The notes: generated by a model not told the origin, from the sequence alone. DNA of 64,000 nucleotides from a candidate division WOR-3 bacterium (GCA_965649265.1 CBFGKC010000006.1:96001-160000), one strand, 5' to 3'. Shown: positions 1 to 10,110, counted from the first letter of the stretch. Made by a program: numbers and translations.

Positions 1-180
1 TGTCCTACTTAGTTATCCACATTTTTGACGCGGTTCGTTAAACCTGACCTCACTTTCACCCAAGTTTTGTCCCACTTTTGTCCAGCTTTTTTCATCCCGC
101 GAATCTACTTCGCAGTCTTCTGGGGCATAAATGGAGTTCCATGAAAAAAGTCCGGGCATTTTTTCAGGGATTGTTTTAGC

Positions 181-209
181 TTGACATAACGCCTATTCTC
201 TGTTATGCT
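181..209 (+). promoter_or_regulatory. sigma70-type promoter of pdxJ-secDF operon
   Basis: TTGACA (181-186), 17-nt spacer, TG-n-TATGCT (204-209); ATG at 218. Confidence 0.7.
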
Positions 210-217
210 TGCAGCTT

Positions 218-931
218 ATGCGAGAACTTAGCGTCAACGTCGATCATGTGGCTACACTGCGACAGGCAAGGCGTGAGCGGTTTCCCGATCCCGTTCATTT
301 TGCACTGCTTGCGGAGGCCGGCGGTGCTTCCGGCATCACGTGCCACCTGCGCTCGGACCGCCGCCACATCCAGGACGATGACGTACACCGTCTCAAGTCC
401 GCCATCAAGGGCGAGTTGAATCTTGAGATGGCGGCTACTGAAGAGATGGCGAGCATCGCTCTCGCAGTAAAGCCGCATCAGGTGAGTCTTGTGCCCGAGC
501 GTCCGGAGGAGGTCACGACCGAGGGCGGGCTCGATCTTAAGTCCCGCTTCGACGCGGTTAAGCCTTATGCGGAACGAATCGCGGCGGCAGGCATTCGTAT
601 CTCCTGCTTTATTGAGGCGGAGGAGGAGATGATCGCGCGCGCAAAAGATTTGGGGGCGAAACGCGTTGAATTCAACACCGATGCTTATGCCAAAGAGCCT
701 GAACGCCGTTCGGAGTTCATCGTGTTATTTAAAGGGATGGCCGTATATGCCGCCTCCCTTGGTCTCGAGGTTCATATCGGTCATGCCCTCGATTACGAGA
801 ACCTTCCTCCACTGATGGGGATAACTGAAATTCGAGGCGCGTCGATAGGCTTCTCTATAATCGCGCGCGCACTCGAGGTGGGTATGAAGGAAGCGGTTAG
901 AGAGATGGTCAAACTTATTGGAAAGGAATAA
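218..931 (+). CDS. pdxJ: pyridoxine 5'-phosphate synthase
   Basis: LSVNVDHVATLRQAR, ITCHLRSDRRHI, LNLEMA, VTTEGGLD motifs; start moved to ATG 218. Confidence 0.97.
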   Translation: MRELSVNVDHVATLRQARRERFPDPVHFALLAEAGGASGITCHLRSDRRHIQDDDVHRLKSAIKGELNLEMAATEEMASIALAVKPHQVSLVPERPEEVTTEGGLDLKSRFDAVKPYAERIAAAGIRISCFIEAEEEMIARAKDLGAKRVEFNTDAYAKEPERRSEFIVLFKGMAVYAASLGLEVHIGHALDYENLPPLMGITEIRGASIGFSIIARALEVGMKEAVREMVKLIGKE

Positions 932-973
932 TTGTGAATTTTAAAAATACAACAAGCCTTGCGAGGAGGTTTG

Positions 974-2515
974 ATGAAGCGTAGTTTGTGGATCAAAGTG
1001 ATCCTTTTTGCTGCTTTCCTGGTCGTGGGAGTTGTATTGCTTTATCCGACGATCCAGTTGTGGACAACTCCTGATCTTACCGAGGACGAGCGTATAGAAC
1101 TTGAAAAACATTCATTGCATCTTGGACTGGATATAGTCGGAGGCATGCATCTTGTGCTTGAGGCGGATACCTCTGGCCGGGGATATGGTGCAGCGGACGT
1201 GGCCAGTGCAACGGACAATGCCGTTCGTATTATCCGCAAGCGTGTTGACGATCTAGGTGTTTCCGAGCCGAGCATCCAGAAGGTGGGCAAGAACCGCATT
1301 CAGGTACAGCTTCCAGGCATTGCCGATCGCGCACGTGCACTGGATATACTGGGTAAGACAGGTCTTCTGGAGTTCCGAATGCTCGCGGATCCTGCTGCGA
1401 CGGCAGCGGTCTACAAAAGCATGAACTCTTTACTCTCCGGGGATACCACCAACGCCCAGACCCCGTTGAGTAAATACTTTATTGCGGTTGAAGGCGATAC
1501 CGGCATACTTGATCGCGACTACAAGGATGTCAAGGAACTGATACTTAAGGCAAAGGGTGTGGTTCCTTCGGACGTGGAGGTGCTCTTCGGCCCTGATGAG
1601 GATGTAGGCAACCAGAAGGTAAGGCGCTTGTATATTGTAAAAAAACAGGTTGCCATAACCGGAGGTGATATAAGCGAAAAGGATGTTCAGGCGCAGTTGT
1701 ACCAGGGCAGGGAGCCCGGGCTTGCCGGAAGCTGGACAGTTGAGATGGGCCTTAAGCGCAGTGGACAGTACAGGTTTGCAGAGATTACGGGCTCAAACGT
1801 CGGCAAGAGACTCGCCATAGTGCTCGACGGCATCGTGATGTCCGCGCCCGTCATAAAGGAAAGGATTCCTGCTGGATCTAAACCCGTGATTACCACTCAG
1901 GACAGGGAGGGTACGGAGGCGCGTGATCTTGCGAACGTCATCCGTCACGGCGCCCTGCCGGTTCCCCTCCGCATAGCGGAGGAGCGCACGGTGAGCCCTA
2001 CGCTCGGCCGGGACTCAGTCAACGCGGGCGTTCTTGCCCTTCTCGTCGGTTTTGCGGCGGTCATTCTCTTCATGATGATTTACTATACCGGTGCGGGCCT
2101 TGCGTCGGTCGTATCCCTGATACTCAATATCTTCGGTCTTATGGCCGTACTTGCAGGCATCAGAGCGACTATTACGCTGCCGGGCATTGCAGGCATTGCC
2201 CTGACCATCGGAATGGCCGTGGACGCGAATGTGCTGATATTCGAACGAATACGAGACGAACTGCGAATGGGAAAATTCACTCGGACGGCCGTGGAGGCCG
2301 GATACCACTCCGCGTGGTACGTGATTCTCGACTCCAACATAACCACGATACTCATGGCGGCGATTCTGTTCATCATCAACTCCGGGCCGGTGCGCGGGTT
2401 TGCGATTACCCTGAGCATCGGTCTTTTGATAAACATGGTAACGGCTGTGTACTTCTCCAGAGGCATATTCGACCTGTATCTCGCAAAGAATCCAGCCCGC
2501 AAACTTTACATATAG
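974..2515 (+). CDS. secD: protein translocase subunit SecD
   Basis: LGLDIVGGMHLVLEA, GVSEPSIQ, GMAVDANVLIFERIRDE, DSNITT; RBS GAGGAGG before ATG 974. Confidence 0.97.
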   Translation: MKRSLWIKVILFAAFLVVGVVLLYPTIQLWTTPDLTEDERIELEKHSLHLGLDIVGGMHLVLEADTSGRGYGAADVASATDNAVRIIRKRVDDLGVSEPSIQKVGKNRIQVQLPGIADRARALDILGKTGLLEFRMLADPAATAAVYKSMNSLLSGDTTNAQTPLSKYFIAVEGDTGILDRDYKDVKELILKAKGVVPSDVEVLFGPDEDVGNQKVRRLYIVKKQVAITGGDISEKDVQAQLYQGREPGLAGSWTVEMGLKRSGQYRFAEITGSNVGKRLAIVLDGIVMSAPVIKERIPAGSKPVITTQDREGTEARDLANVIRHGALPVPLRIAEERTVSPTLGRDSVNAGVLALLVGFAAVILFMMIYYTGAGLASVVSLILNIFGLMAVLAGIRATITLPGIAGIALTIGMAVDANVLIFERIRDELRMGKFTRTAVEAGYHSAWYVILDSNITTILMAAILFIINSGPVRGFAITLSIGLLINMVTAVYFSRGIFDLYLAKNPARKLYI

Positions 2516-2524
2516 GAGGCCGGC

Positions 2525-3463
2525 ATGCTGCAACTTATTAAAGACGCAAAGATTCCCTTTACCAGAATCCGCTACTGGGGATACATCTTCTCGGGAGCGA
2601 CTCTGCTCATGACCGCCGTTCTACTTATAGTAAACAAGGGTCCCAACTACGGCATTGACTTTACGGGCGGAACAAGAATCGGGCTCGAGTTATCAGGAGA
2701 CGTCAAGACCGCCGAGGTTCGCAAAGTGCTTACAAGTCTTGGTGAAACAGACGTGAAGATATTCCGGATTCAGTCTCCCAATTCAAAAAAAGTAGGCTAT
2801 GACATTCAGGTCCCGCCGCACACGGGCATCGTGAAAACCGGTGAGGAGACATTCAGCCAAAGGCTCGTGAACAAAATAAAGGAGATGCGGCCCGGCATTG
2901 AGGTTACACTTACCGGCGAGGAGAACGTATCAGCCGCTTTCGGTAAGGAATTGCAGAATAGGGCTATAATAGCCATGCTTATCGGTATACTCTTGATGCT
3001 CGTTTATCTTGGTATTCGAATAAACTTCCGTTTCTCTTCCGGTATCGCGATATCGGTTTTTCACGACGTTTTCTTTACCTTAGGTATCATAACTCTTACA
3101 GGAATCAAGATAGACGTCACGGTTGTCGCTGCTCTGCTTACCCTCATCGGCTACTCGGTGAACGACTCCATTGTCGTTTCCAAGCGTATCCAGGAACTCA
3201 TGAAACTCAGACGCGGTGCAACCCTTGAAGAAAACATCAACGACGGCATCAATAACACGCTTTCGAGAACCATCATTACCGCGGCAACGACTCTGTTTAC
3301 CGCGCTCGCGCTCGTCATCTTTGCATCCAAAACCGCCGTTTTTCCGTTCGCATTCACCATGTCGATCGGGATAGTCGTCGGGACTTATTCCTCAATATTT
3401 GTGGTTGCGCCGCTCGTTGTCGAGTGGGAAAAAATCGTTCCTTCGCGCAGACGCAGGCGCTAG
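2525..3463 (+). CDS. secF: protein translocase subunit SecF
   Basis: GIDFTGG, GYSVNDSIVV, TLSRTIIT, GTYSSIF; follows secD. Confidence 0.97.
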   Translation: MLQLIKDAKIPFTRIRYWGYIFSGATLLMTAVLLIVNKGPNYGIDFTGGTRIGLELSGDVKTAEVRKVLTSLGETDVKIFRIQSPNSKKVGYDIQVPPHTGIVKTGEETFSQRLVNKIKEMRPGIEVTLTGEENVSAAFGKELQNRAIIAMLIGILLMLVYLGIRINFRFSSGIAISVFHDVFFTLGIITLTGIKIDVTVVAALLTLIGYSVNDSIVVSKRIQELMKLRRGATLEENINDGINNTLSRTIITAATTLFTALALVIFASKTAVFPFAFTMSIGIVVGTYSSIFVVAPLVVEWEKIVPSRRRRR

Positions 3464-3481
3464 TTAAATCTGGGAGATTTT

Positions 3482-3976
3482 ATGGCCGGTTCTCAACCAT
3501 CACTGGTTCTGAGAATCGGCCTCTCCTTTTTCGGTACCGGTTATATCGGGAAAGGGGGAGGAACCCTTGCGAGTGCGGTTGCCGCTTTAGGCTGTTTCTT
3601 CCTGTGGCCCTATCCGCTCGTTTCATCAGGCATCCTTCTCGTGCTTTCCGCGTTTGGGATATGGGCAAGCTCCTATGCTGAGAAGAGAGGGTGGGGGTAC
3701 GACGATCCGCGAATAACGATAGACGAGGTGTGCGGCATGCTTGCCGCATCCATACTGCTTCCCCGCCCACCCACCCTTTGGGGGGCCCTGCTCGTTCTCG
3801 GTCTGGCGTTTCTCCTCTTCCGGCTTCTCGATATCATCAAGCCCCCTCCAGTTTCCTTGATGGAGCGTCTTCCAGGGGGCTGGGGCGTGATGGGTGACGA
3901 CCTGGTTGCCGGCATAATCGCGAACGGCCTTGTGCAGCTAGTAAGACTCTTGCCGCAGGGGTGGTTGGGTGGCTAG
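3482..3976 (+). CDS. pgpA: phosphatidylglycerophosphatase A
   Basis: GTLAS, DDPRITIDEVCG, FRLLDIIKP, GGWGVMGDDLVAG. Confidence 0.93.
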   Translation: MAGSQPSLVLRIGLSFFGTGYIGKGGGTLASAVAALGCFFLWPYPLVSSGILLVLSAFGIWASSYAEKRGWGYDDPRITIDEVCGMLAASILLPRPPTLWGALLVLGLAFLLFRLLDIIKPPPVSLMERLPGGWGVMGDDLVAGIIANGLVQLVRLLPQGWLGG

Positions 3977-5216
3977 TAAACTGGAATCCGCCGAACTCGT
4001 AATCATCGGCGACGAACTCCTTGCGGGTACGGTCAATGATGTAAATATCGGCTACCTTACCTCAAAACTCTTAGAGATAGGCCTTTCCATATCACGCGTA
4101 ACCGTCACCGGGGACGCCCCGGTAACGCTCGAAGGCGTTCTCTCCGAAGCACTCCAGCGTTCGCGCCTGGTCATCTCGTCGGGCGGGCTCGGTCCGACAT
4201 CAGACGACCCAACGCGAGCGGTGGCCGCTCGCCTCTTCGGCAGCGAGCTTTACTCTAATAAGTCCCTCCTTACCCTTATCCGTAAACGCTACGCCAGGCT
4301 CGGCCGCAAACTGAGCGCCCTCGGTGCGACCCAGGCGCTCGTGCCCCGCGGGGCGATACTACTCAGAAACCCTGTAGGTGCCGCGCCCGGAATCGTCCTC
4401 GCTCGCGATACCGGTACGCTTATTATGCTTCCAGGTGTGCCTTCGGAGGTCAGAGCCATTACCGAGCCGGGACTGCTAGCGTACCTTTCAGAAAACTTCC
4501 AGCTTCCCAAACCTCACATCCTTCTCGTCCGGACATCCAGCAAAGTTGAAACCGAGCTACAAGAGCTTCTTACACCCTTTCTCTCCTCCCAGAAGGGTTT
4601 GAAGGTTTCCTATTTGCCCAAACGCGGCACCGTCGATCTGAGGTTAGAAACATCATCTGAAAGAAGGCTCGGTCTTGCTCTGAAGGAAATAAGAAAAATA
4701 CTCGGCCAGGCCATTTACGCGACGGGGGAGAAGAGCCTTGCAGAGGCGGTCGGTGAACTACTCCTCAATCAGAACGCTACACTTTCGGTTGCAGAAAGCT
4801 GCACCGGAGGCATGCTTGCATCCGCAATCGTCGACGTTGCGGGCAGTTCCCGATATTTCCTCGGCGGCGTCGTGAGCTACTCCAACGAGACAAAAGAAAC
4901 CCTCCTGGGTGTGTCGCATACGCTCATTACCAGATACGGCGCAGTCAGCCCAGAGGTCGCCCAGGCCATGGCCGAGGGCGCGCGTGAACGCTTCGGCTCG
5001 ACTTACGCCGTCTCGATCACCGGCGTCGCTGGACCTGGAGGGGGCACGAAAGCTAAACCGGTCGGTCTCGTGTATATATGCGCAGCAGGGCCGGGCGTTG
5101 TGAAAGTCGAACGTACTTTTTTTCCTTCCTCTCGTACCATTATCCGCGAACGGAGCGCCGTGCTCGCCCTCGCCCTCCTCAGAGCCCTTCTTTTACCCCA
5201 CGAATCTACTTTGTAG
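3969..5216 (+). CDS. cinA: CinA competence/damage-inducible protein (MoCF domain + PncC NMN deamidase)
   Basis: IGDELLAG, GGLGPTSDD, LPGVPSE, VAESCTGG, GAVS, ITGVAGPGGG. Confidence 0.95.
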   Translation: MASKLESAELVIIGDELLAGTVNDVNIGYLTSKLLEIGLSISRVTVTGDAPVTLEGVLSEALQRSRLVISSGGLGPTSDDPTRAVAARLFGSELYSNKSLLTLIRKRYARLGRKLSALGATQALVPRGAILLRNPVGAAPGIVLARDTGTLIMLPGVPSEVRAITEPGLLAYLSENFQLPKPHILLVRTSSKVETELQELLTPFLSSQKGLKVSYLPKRGTVDLRLETSSERRLGLALKEIRKILGQAIYATGEKSLAEAVGELLLNQNATLSVAESCTGGMLASAIVDVAGSSRYFLGGVVSYSNETKETLLGVSHTLITRYGAVSPEVAQAMAEGARERFGSTYAVSITGVAGPGGGTKAKPVGLVYICAAGPGVVKVERTFFPSSRTIIRERSAVLALALLRALLLPHESTL

Positions 5217-5285
5217 CTTTGCGGGGACCCCTCAGCCCTCCTTAGTAACACCACCCTTCACTGAAAATTATCCAGGGACCTTCCG

Positions 5286-5461
5286 GTCGAACGAAGTTCG
5301 ACAAGCGACATCCTCTGCAGAATTCAATTCTGCCAATGCGCCTCCGGCGCTCCTCATTGGAGAGTAGATGTAAAATGGCAGAAGCGAAGTTTTGCCTCCA
5401 AACGATGTTATTCATGCAAAACTTCTCATGCGCCTTCCAGGCGCTCGCCCTCCCTCAGAGC
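5286..5461 (+). repeat. dispersed ~170-bp multi-hairpin repeat (REP/MITE-like), copy 1
   Basis: Homologous to 12441-12602 (-) and 33744-33843 (+); hairpins GTCGAAC-GAA-GTTCGAC and GCGCC-TCC-GGCGC. Confidence 0.85.
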
Positions 5462-5746
5462 GCATCTTTTCTCTACGAATCTACTTTGTAGCTCCGCGGG
5501 GATCCCGTAATCGTTCTCGTCCTTTATCAGTAGAGTTCTGTTGCGTTCAACACCTCCTGCACCAGCAATAACTCAGTTCTCATAAGATCCTTTTAGAGAA
5601 TAGCATATGTATCCTGATTGCGTAAGTTACGTGCTGTTTTAAAGATGTCGTTCAGGTGTTGTCTTTACCATGAGTCTTTGAATCAACCCCGAATCGTGAA
5701 GGGATCTTGATTTACATTAGTCAGAGCATTCGTTCGGTCGGTTTTC

Positions 5747-5774
5747 TTGACATCCACGACTAAAAAGTTATACT
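5747..5774 (+). promoter_or_regulatory. sigma70-type promoter, leaderless thpR
   Basis: TTGACA-N16-TATACT, ATG 7 nt downstream, no SD. Confidence 0.7.
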
Positions 5775-5781
5775 CCCGACG

Positions 5782-6324
5782 ATGCGCCTTTTTTTCGGAG
5801 TCGGGTTGCCAATGGGTGTAAGGAAGGAGGTCTGGAATTTTTGCTCCACAATAAAGGAAAAACTCCCGAGAATGAAATGGGTCGAAGAGGGGAACTTGCA
5901 CATAACCCTGCGGTTTCTGGGCGAGGTGGAAAAAGAAAAACTAGCCACGCTCGTTCGGCTTTCCGATGAAGCATCCCGTGACACAAAAGCATTCCCCGTG
6001 ACACTCGGAAGTCTAGGTGCTTTTCCCAATCATAAACGGGCCAGGGTCTTCTGGTGGGGACTTTCCGAAGGAGGAGAGGAGTGTGTTCAATTGTTTCGAA
6101 AACTGGAGGCGCGGCTTGTAGATTCAGGCTTTACTCCCGAAGACAAGGCCTTCCATCCTCATATTACACTTTCTCGTCTTAATCCCCCATCAACCCTTGC
6201 GATCGAAGATTATACCACCCCGAAAGGGTCGTCCTTTACATGTGACAGATTTACCCTTTACGAGAGCGTACTAAGGCCGCAGGGGCCCCTCTATAAAACG
6301 ATAAAGGAGTTCGATCTTGCCTAA
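5782..6324 (+). CDS. thpR: RNA 2',3'-cyclic phosphodiesterase (2H family)
   Basis: MRLFFG start, two HxT motifs (HITLRFLGE, HPHITLSR). Confidence 0.93.
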   Translation: MRLFFGVGLPMGVRKEVWNFCSTIKEKLPRMKWVEEGNLHITLRFLGEVEKEKLATLVRLSDEASRDTKAFPVTLGSLGAFPNHKRARVFWWGLSEGGEECVQLFRKLEARLVDSGFTPEDKAFHPHITLSRLNPPSTLAIEDYTTPKGSSFTCDRFTLYESVLRPQGPLYKTIKEFDLA

Positions 6325-7474
6325 GACTCCACCGAAACCCGAGGGACCGGTTACACCTGTCAAACGTGCCCTGAATATCGCCCTGTTCGTAGTATCCCTG
6401 TATGTGTTTCTTCTGAGCATAGAGATGATCTCGGGCACGCTTTCCGGCTTTAAGGATTTCGCCCGGTTTCTTCTCACTCTAACCAACAATCCGATAGTAG
6501 GTCTTTTCATCGGTATCCTTACGACCGCCATTATCCAGAGTTCTTCGGCCACCACCTCGCTTGTCGTCTGCCTTGTGGCATCGGGAGCGATATCGGTCAA
6601 TCATGCCATTCCCATAATCATGGGCGCCAATATCGGAACGACCATCACCAACATGATAGTTTCCCTCTTCCATATCTCCAGGAAAGAGGAGTTTGCCAAG
6701 GCATTCCCTGGCGCAATCGTGCATGACATGTTCAACATCCTCACCGTCATCGTCCTTTTCCCGATTGAGATATTCCTTCATCCCCTCGAGATTGTTTCAA
6801 ACTTTATGGCAAAGGGATTCACCGGCATCGGCGGATTCAAGGTACTCTCTCCCCTGAAATTTATAGTCGAACCGGTGTGGAAACTAATCCATGCGGGTGT
6901 AAATGCCCTTGTTAAACTCGTCATCCCTCCCTCAAAATTCCAGGGCACCCTTATAATACTCGTGTGTCTAGTGATCGCGATGGTGCTTTTGTTTTTCGGT
7001 CTTTCCTTCATGGTCAAGGGTATGCGCAGGCTTACCGGTTCAAAAACCGAGGTTTTCATAGACCGCTATCTTTTCGGTGGACCCATCAGGGCATTTCTCG
7101 TGGGTATGATTGTTACATCGGTAATACAATCATCCTCGGTAACCACATCATTCGTCGTTCCCCTTGTCGGTGCCGGTCTCGTAACCCTTGAGCAGATATT
7201 CCCTTATACCCTTGGAGCCAACATTGGAACCACCATCACGGCAATACTTGCGTCGCTCGTCACAGGTTCCCCCCTCGCGATACAAGTCGCGTTTGCGCAT
7301 TCGCTTTTCAATATCTTCGGAACCGTTCTCTGGTATCCTTTGAGAATTGTACCCATAACGTTTGCCAAAAGCCTCGGCAAGCTTGTTGCCTGGAAGCGCT
7401 GGATGGCGTTTGTATATATCGCAGTTGTGTTTATAATTATTCCTGTGGGACTTATACTCTTGCTTAGGAGGTAA
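6317..7474 (+). CDS. Na+/phosphate symporter (NptA/SLC34-like)
   Basis: Two QSSS motifs and two GANIGTT repeats; hydrophobic. Confidence 0.92.
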   Translation: MPKTPPKPEGPVTPVKRALNIALFVVSLYVFLLSIEMISGTLSGFKDFARFLLTLTNNPIVGLFIGILTTAIIQSSSATTSLVVCLVASGAISVNHAIPIIMGANIGTTITNMIVSLFHISRKEEFAKAFPGAIVHDMFNILTVIVLFPIEIFLHPLEIVSNFMAKGFTGIGGFKVLSPLKFIVEPVWKLIHAGVNALVKLVIPPSKFQGTLIILVCLVIAMVLLFFGLSFMVKGMRRLTGSKTEVFIDRYLFGGPIRAFLVGMIVTSVIQSSSVTTSFVVPLVGAGLVTLEQIFPYTLGANIGTTITAILASLVTGSPLAIQVAFAHSLFNIFGTVLWYPLRIVPITFAKSLGKLVAWKRWMAFVYIAVVFIIIPVGLILLLRR

Positions 7475-7476
7475 GA

Positions 7477-8142
7477 ATGTACTATGGTGAACTGATCAAA
7501 TCGTGGGAAGGTTCGGGTCTTTTAAAACTTTGCATGCAGGACATGTTCAAGATGCTCGACATCTCCGAGAAGATGTTCGAGGCGGCATGGGAGATGATTA
7601 CGGGCACCGGTGAAATAACCGACCTCTACAAGATGGACAAACAGCTCAACGAATTGCAGATAGCCATCCGTCGCCGGATTCTCGAACACATGGCTATTAA
7701 TCCCGGCCAGGATATCAACGCATCCTTCGTTCTGGGGGTACTTGTAATAGATCTCGAGCGCATCGGCGACTATGCCAAGAATTTCGACGACATCGCGCGT
7801 CATTACCCCGAACCCATCTCGGGCGGTGTCTTCGATATATTGCATGAAATGGCCAAAAAGGTCAAGGCGATGTTTGATGAGACCAGGGATGCGCTCGTCA
7901 AGAACGATTCCAAGCTTGCTCGTAAGCTTATGCAGGATCAGGCTGATATGGCGAAAGAAGCAGACAGGTTTATGGATCAGCTCATGGAATCCAAGGATTT
8001 GACCGTTAAGCAGGGAATCGTTGCCGCGATGCTTGCCCGTTACATAAAGCGCGTAAGCGCTCATCTTAAAAACGTGGTGTCGAGTGTGGTCAATCCTTAT
8101 CACAGAATTGGCTACAGGCCTAACGAAAAAGAAGATGATTGA
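7477..8142 (+). CDS. PhoU-domain protein
   Basis: DLERIGDYAKN motif, all-helical, follows Na/Pi symporter. Confidence 0.85.
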   Translation: MYYGELIKSWEGSGLLKLCMQDMFKMLDISEKMFEAAWEMITGTGEITDLYKMDKQLNELQIAIRRRILEHMAINPGQDINASFVLGVLVIDLERIGDYAKNFDDIARHYPEPISGGVFDILHEMAKKVKAMFDETRDALVKNDSKLARKLMQDQADMAKEADRFMDQLMESKDLTVKQGIVAAMLARYIKRVSAHLKNVVSSVVNPYHRIGYRPNEKEDD

Positions 8143-8158
8143 GTTATTCTCAAGGTAC

Positions 8159-8186
8159 TTGACAAACTTCGAAATTCGACTATCAT
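8159..8186 (+). promoter_or_regulatory. sigma70-type promoter with no downstream ORF
   Basis: TTGACA (8159-8164)-N16-TATCAT (8181-8186). Confidence 0.55.
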
Positions 8187-8192
8187 TAGTCA

Positions 8193-8318
8193 TATACAAC
8201 CAGGGACGATATTTGAAGGCTGCGGAGATGCGTCTTTAAAGAGATTCCCGTAACACACCTCCCTTCCCTCACCCCCTCCCCTGGAGAGTGCGTCCATGCC
8301 TCTCCAGGGGTTTTTTTT
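8193..8318 (+). ncRNA. candidate small RNA (unclassified)
   Basis: Lies between a consensus promoter and an intrinsic terminator; internal hairpin TTTGAAGGC...GTCTTTAAA; no ORF. Confidence 0.35.
8278..8318 (+). terminator. intrinsic terminator
   Basis: 11-bp stem CCCCTGGAGAG/CTCTCCAGGGG followed by T8. Confidence 0.85.
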
Positions 8319-8495
8319 GAGCGATGATTTGGCATGCCTCTTCAGGATTTTTTTAGGAACGATTTGCCGGGTTCATCCACGTCCTTCATGAATTTTCTAT
8401 TGTCCCCAAATGATTTCTGAGGCAGTCGTTTGAGGTGCTACTCCCTTTGTCATACGCAAAAGGACCGCGATTCCGAACTTGCAATCTAGCTAATA

Positions 8496-8523
8496 TTGAC
8501 ATGCACTCTTCCGTATCTATACT
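8496..8523 (+). promoter_or_regulatory. sigma70-type promoter, leaderless ispF
   Basis: TTGACA-N16-TATACT, ATG 6 nt downstream. Confidence 0.7.
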
Positions 8524-8529
8524 CACACC

Positions 8530-9003
8530 ATGCGCGTAGGCTTGGGTTTCGACTCTCACCCGTTCTCAAAAGAAAGAGCGCTCGTCATTGGCGGGGTGAA
8601 GATTCCCCATGAGCGGGGACTTTCCGGCCACTCCGATGCCGACGTGCTCCTGCATGCCGTCTGTGATGCCCTTATCGGCGCGGCAGGGCTTTCGAGCATC
8701 GGCGAGCTCTTCCCGGATACCGACCCTCATTACAAGGACGCCGACAGCGCTTTTTTGCTTCAGGAAGTATTCAATCGCATACAAAAACTCGGCTATCGCG
8801 TAGTAAACCTCGACTGCACTATTCTTGCCGAAGAGCCCATGCTCGTTCCCTATCGCGACCGGATGCGCGACCGGATCGCAGAGATACTCGAGATAGAGAT
8901 ATCCCAAATCGCAATAAAACCGAAAAGGGGAGAGGGTATGGGGTTCGTCGGCCGGGCCGAAGGCATTGCCGCATTTGCCGTCGTGCTCCTTGATATCGAA
9001 TGA
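8530..9003 (+). CDS. ispF: 2-C-methyl-D-erythritol 2,4-cyclodiphosphate synthase
   Basis: MRVGLGFDSH, GHSDADVLLHAVCDAL, FPDTDP, GRAEGIAA. Confidence 0.97.
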   Translation: MRVGLGFDSHPFSKERALVIGGVKIPHERGLSGHSDADVLLHAVCDALIGAAGLSSIGELFPDTDPHYKDADSAFLLQEVFNRIQKLGYRVVNLDCTILAEEPMLVPYRDRMRDRIAEILEIEISQIAIKPKRGEGMGFVGRAEGIAAFAVVLLDIE

Positions 9004-9692
9004 TTCCTCTTCGCGACGAGATTCGACCTAAGAGGCGTCCTTACGTGGTTTACGTTCTTATCGGTCTGAACGTAGCCGTTTACCTCATCGAGTTACTCCT
9101 CTACCTCTCGAATCGCTCCTCATTCGGAGAATTCATCTACTCCTGGGGGCTTGTTCCGCGAAGGCTTTTCTTTGAAACCTCATGGACCGATATCGCCTCG
9201 ATATTCACCTCCATGTTCCTTCACGACGCGCCCAGCCCCTTGCACGTAGGTGCCAATATGCTCTTTCTATGGGTCTTCGGCGATAACATCGAGGACGCAA
9301 TGGGCCACTGGCTCTTTATCCCGTTTTATCTCGTTTGCGGAGCTGCGGGTGCGCTTTTGCACGCGGTCATTACCCCCTCATCACCGGTGGTCATGATAGG
9401 CGCTTCAGGCGCAATATCCGGGATACTGGGCGCTTACGTGGTTCTCCATCCCCGGTCAAAGGTGCTCTCGCTCGTCATCTTCTACTTCATAAGGATCATG
9501 TACATACCCGCATGGGTATTCATCGGCATCTGGTTCGGCTACCAGCTCTTGTACGGTATTCTCACACTCGGAAGCGGGGGAGGAGGGGTCGCGTTCCTTG
9601 CCCATATCGGCGGGTTTGTTGCAGGTCTCATCGTTGCCCTCATATTCCGCAAGAGGCTCCTAAGGGATTACTACATTGAAATCCACCCGTAA
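9000..9692 (+). CDS. rhomboid family intramembrane serine protease
   Basis: HVGANMLFLWVFGDNIED, GASGAISG, AHIGGF. Confidence 0.95.
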   Translation: MIPLRDEIRPKRRPYVVYVLIGLNVAVYLIELLLYLSNRSSFGEFIYSWGLVPRRLFFETSWTDIASIFTSMFLHDAPSPLHVGANMLFLWVFGDNIEDAMGHWLFIPFYLVCGAAGALLHAVITPSSPVVMIGASGAISGILGAYVVLHPRSKVLSLVIFYFIRIMYIPAWVFIGIWFGYQLLYGILTLGSGGGGVAFLAHIGGFVAGLIVALIFRKRLLRDYYIEIHP

Positions 9693-9752
9693 CACCCGTA
9701 ACACCCGTAACACCCACCCGTAACACCCATCTGTAATACCCACCAGTAATAC
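9683..9752 (+). repeat. CCCGTAACAC short tandem array
   Basis: About 4 good and 2 degenerate copies of (AC)CCGTAAC; the first copy supplies the rhomboid stop codon. Confidence 0.85.
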
Positions 9753-9891
9753 ATCCCTTTTCCTACTGTCCGTGATCTGGAAGGATGTCGTTCAGATTAT
9801 CTTAATGTAAGAGACCGATGTAGAGGTGCTTCTGAATGTAAAACCTCGTTTATGCGCTGTAAAACTCAGCCGAATTATAGACAATCTCTAA

Positions 9892-9918
9892 AAGGGTTCT
9901 AAGGGTTCTAAGGGTTCT
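9892..9918 (+). repeat. 9-bp tandem repeat AAGGGTTCT x3
   Basis: Direct reading. Confidence 0.8.
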
Positions 9919-10014
9919 GAGGTGGGCGGCACCGGATGTCGCTTGTCGAACTTCGCTCGGTCGTACTGATTGGTCGAATCTGTTCGTGCAAAATCAGGAA
10001 GTTTTTTTGACATG

Positions 10015-10110
10015 AATGCGGGGTCCCCAAACGGATGCGGAGCAGACGCTTGGGGTAAAAAATGCGGGGTCCCCAAACGGATGTAGAGCAGACGCTTGGG
10101 GTGAAAAATG
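10015..10110 (+). repeat. ~46-bp palindromic tandem duplication (REP-like)
   Basis: AATGCGGGGTCCCCAAACGGATG(C/T)(G/A)GAGCAGACGCTTGGGGT x2 with CCCCAA...TTGGGG stem; related to 21576-21611. Confidence 0.8.
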
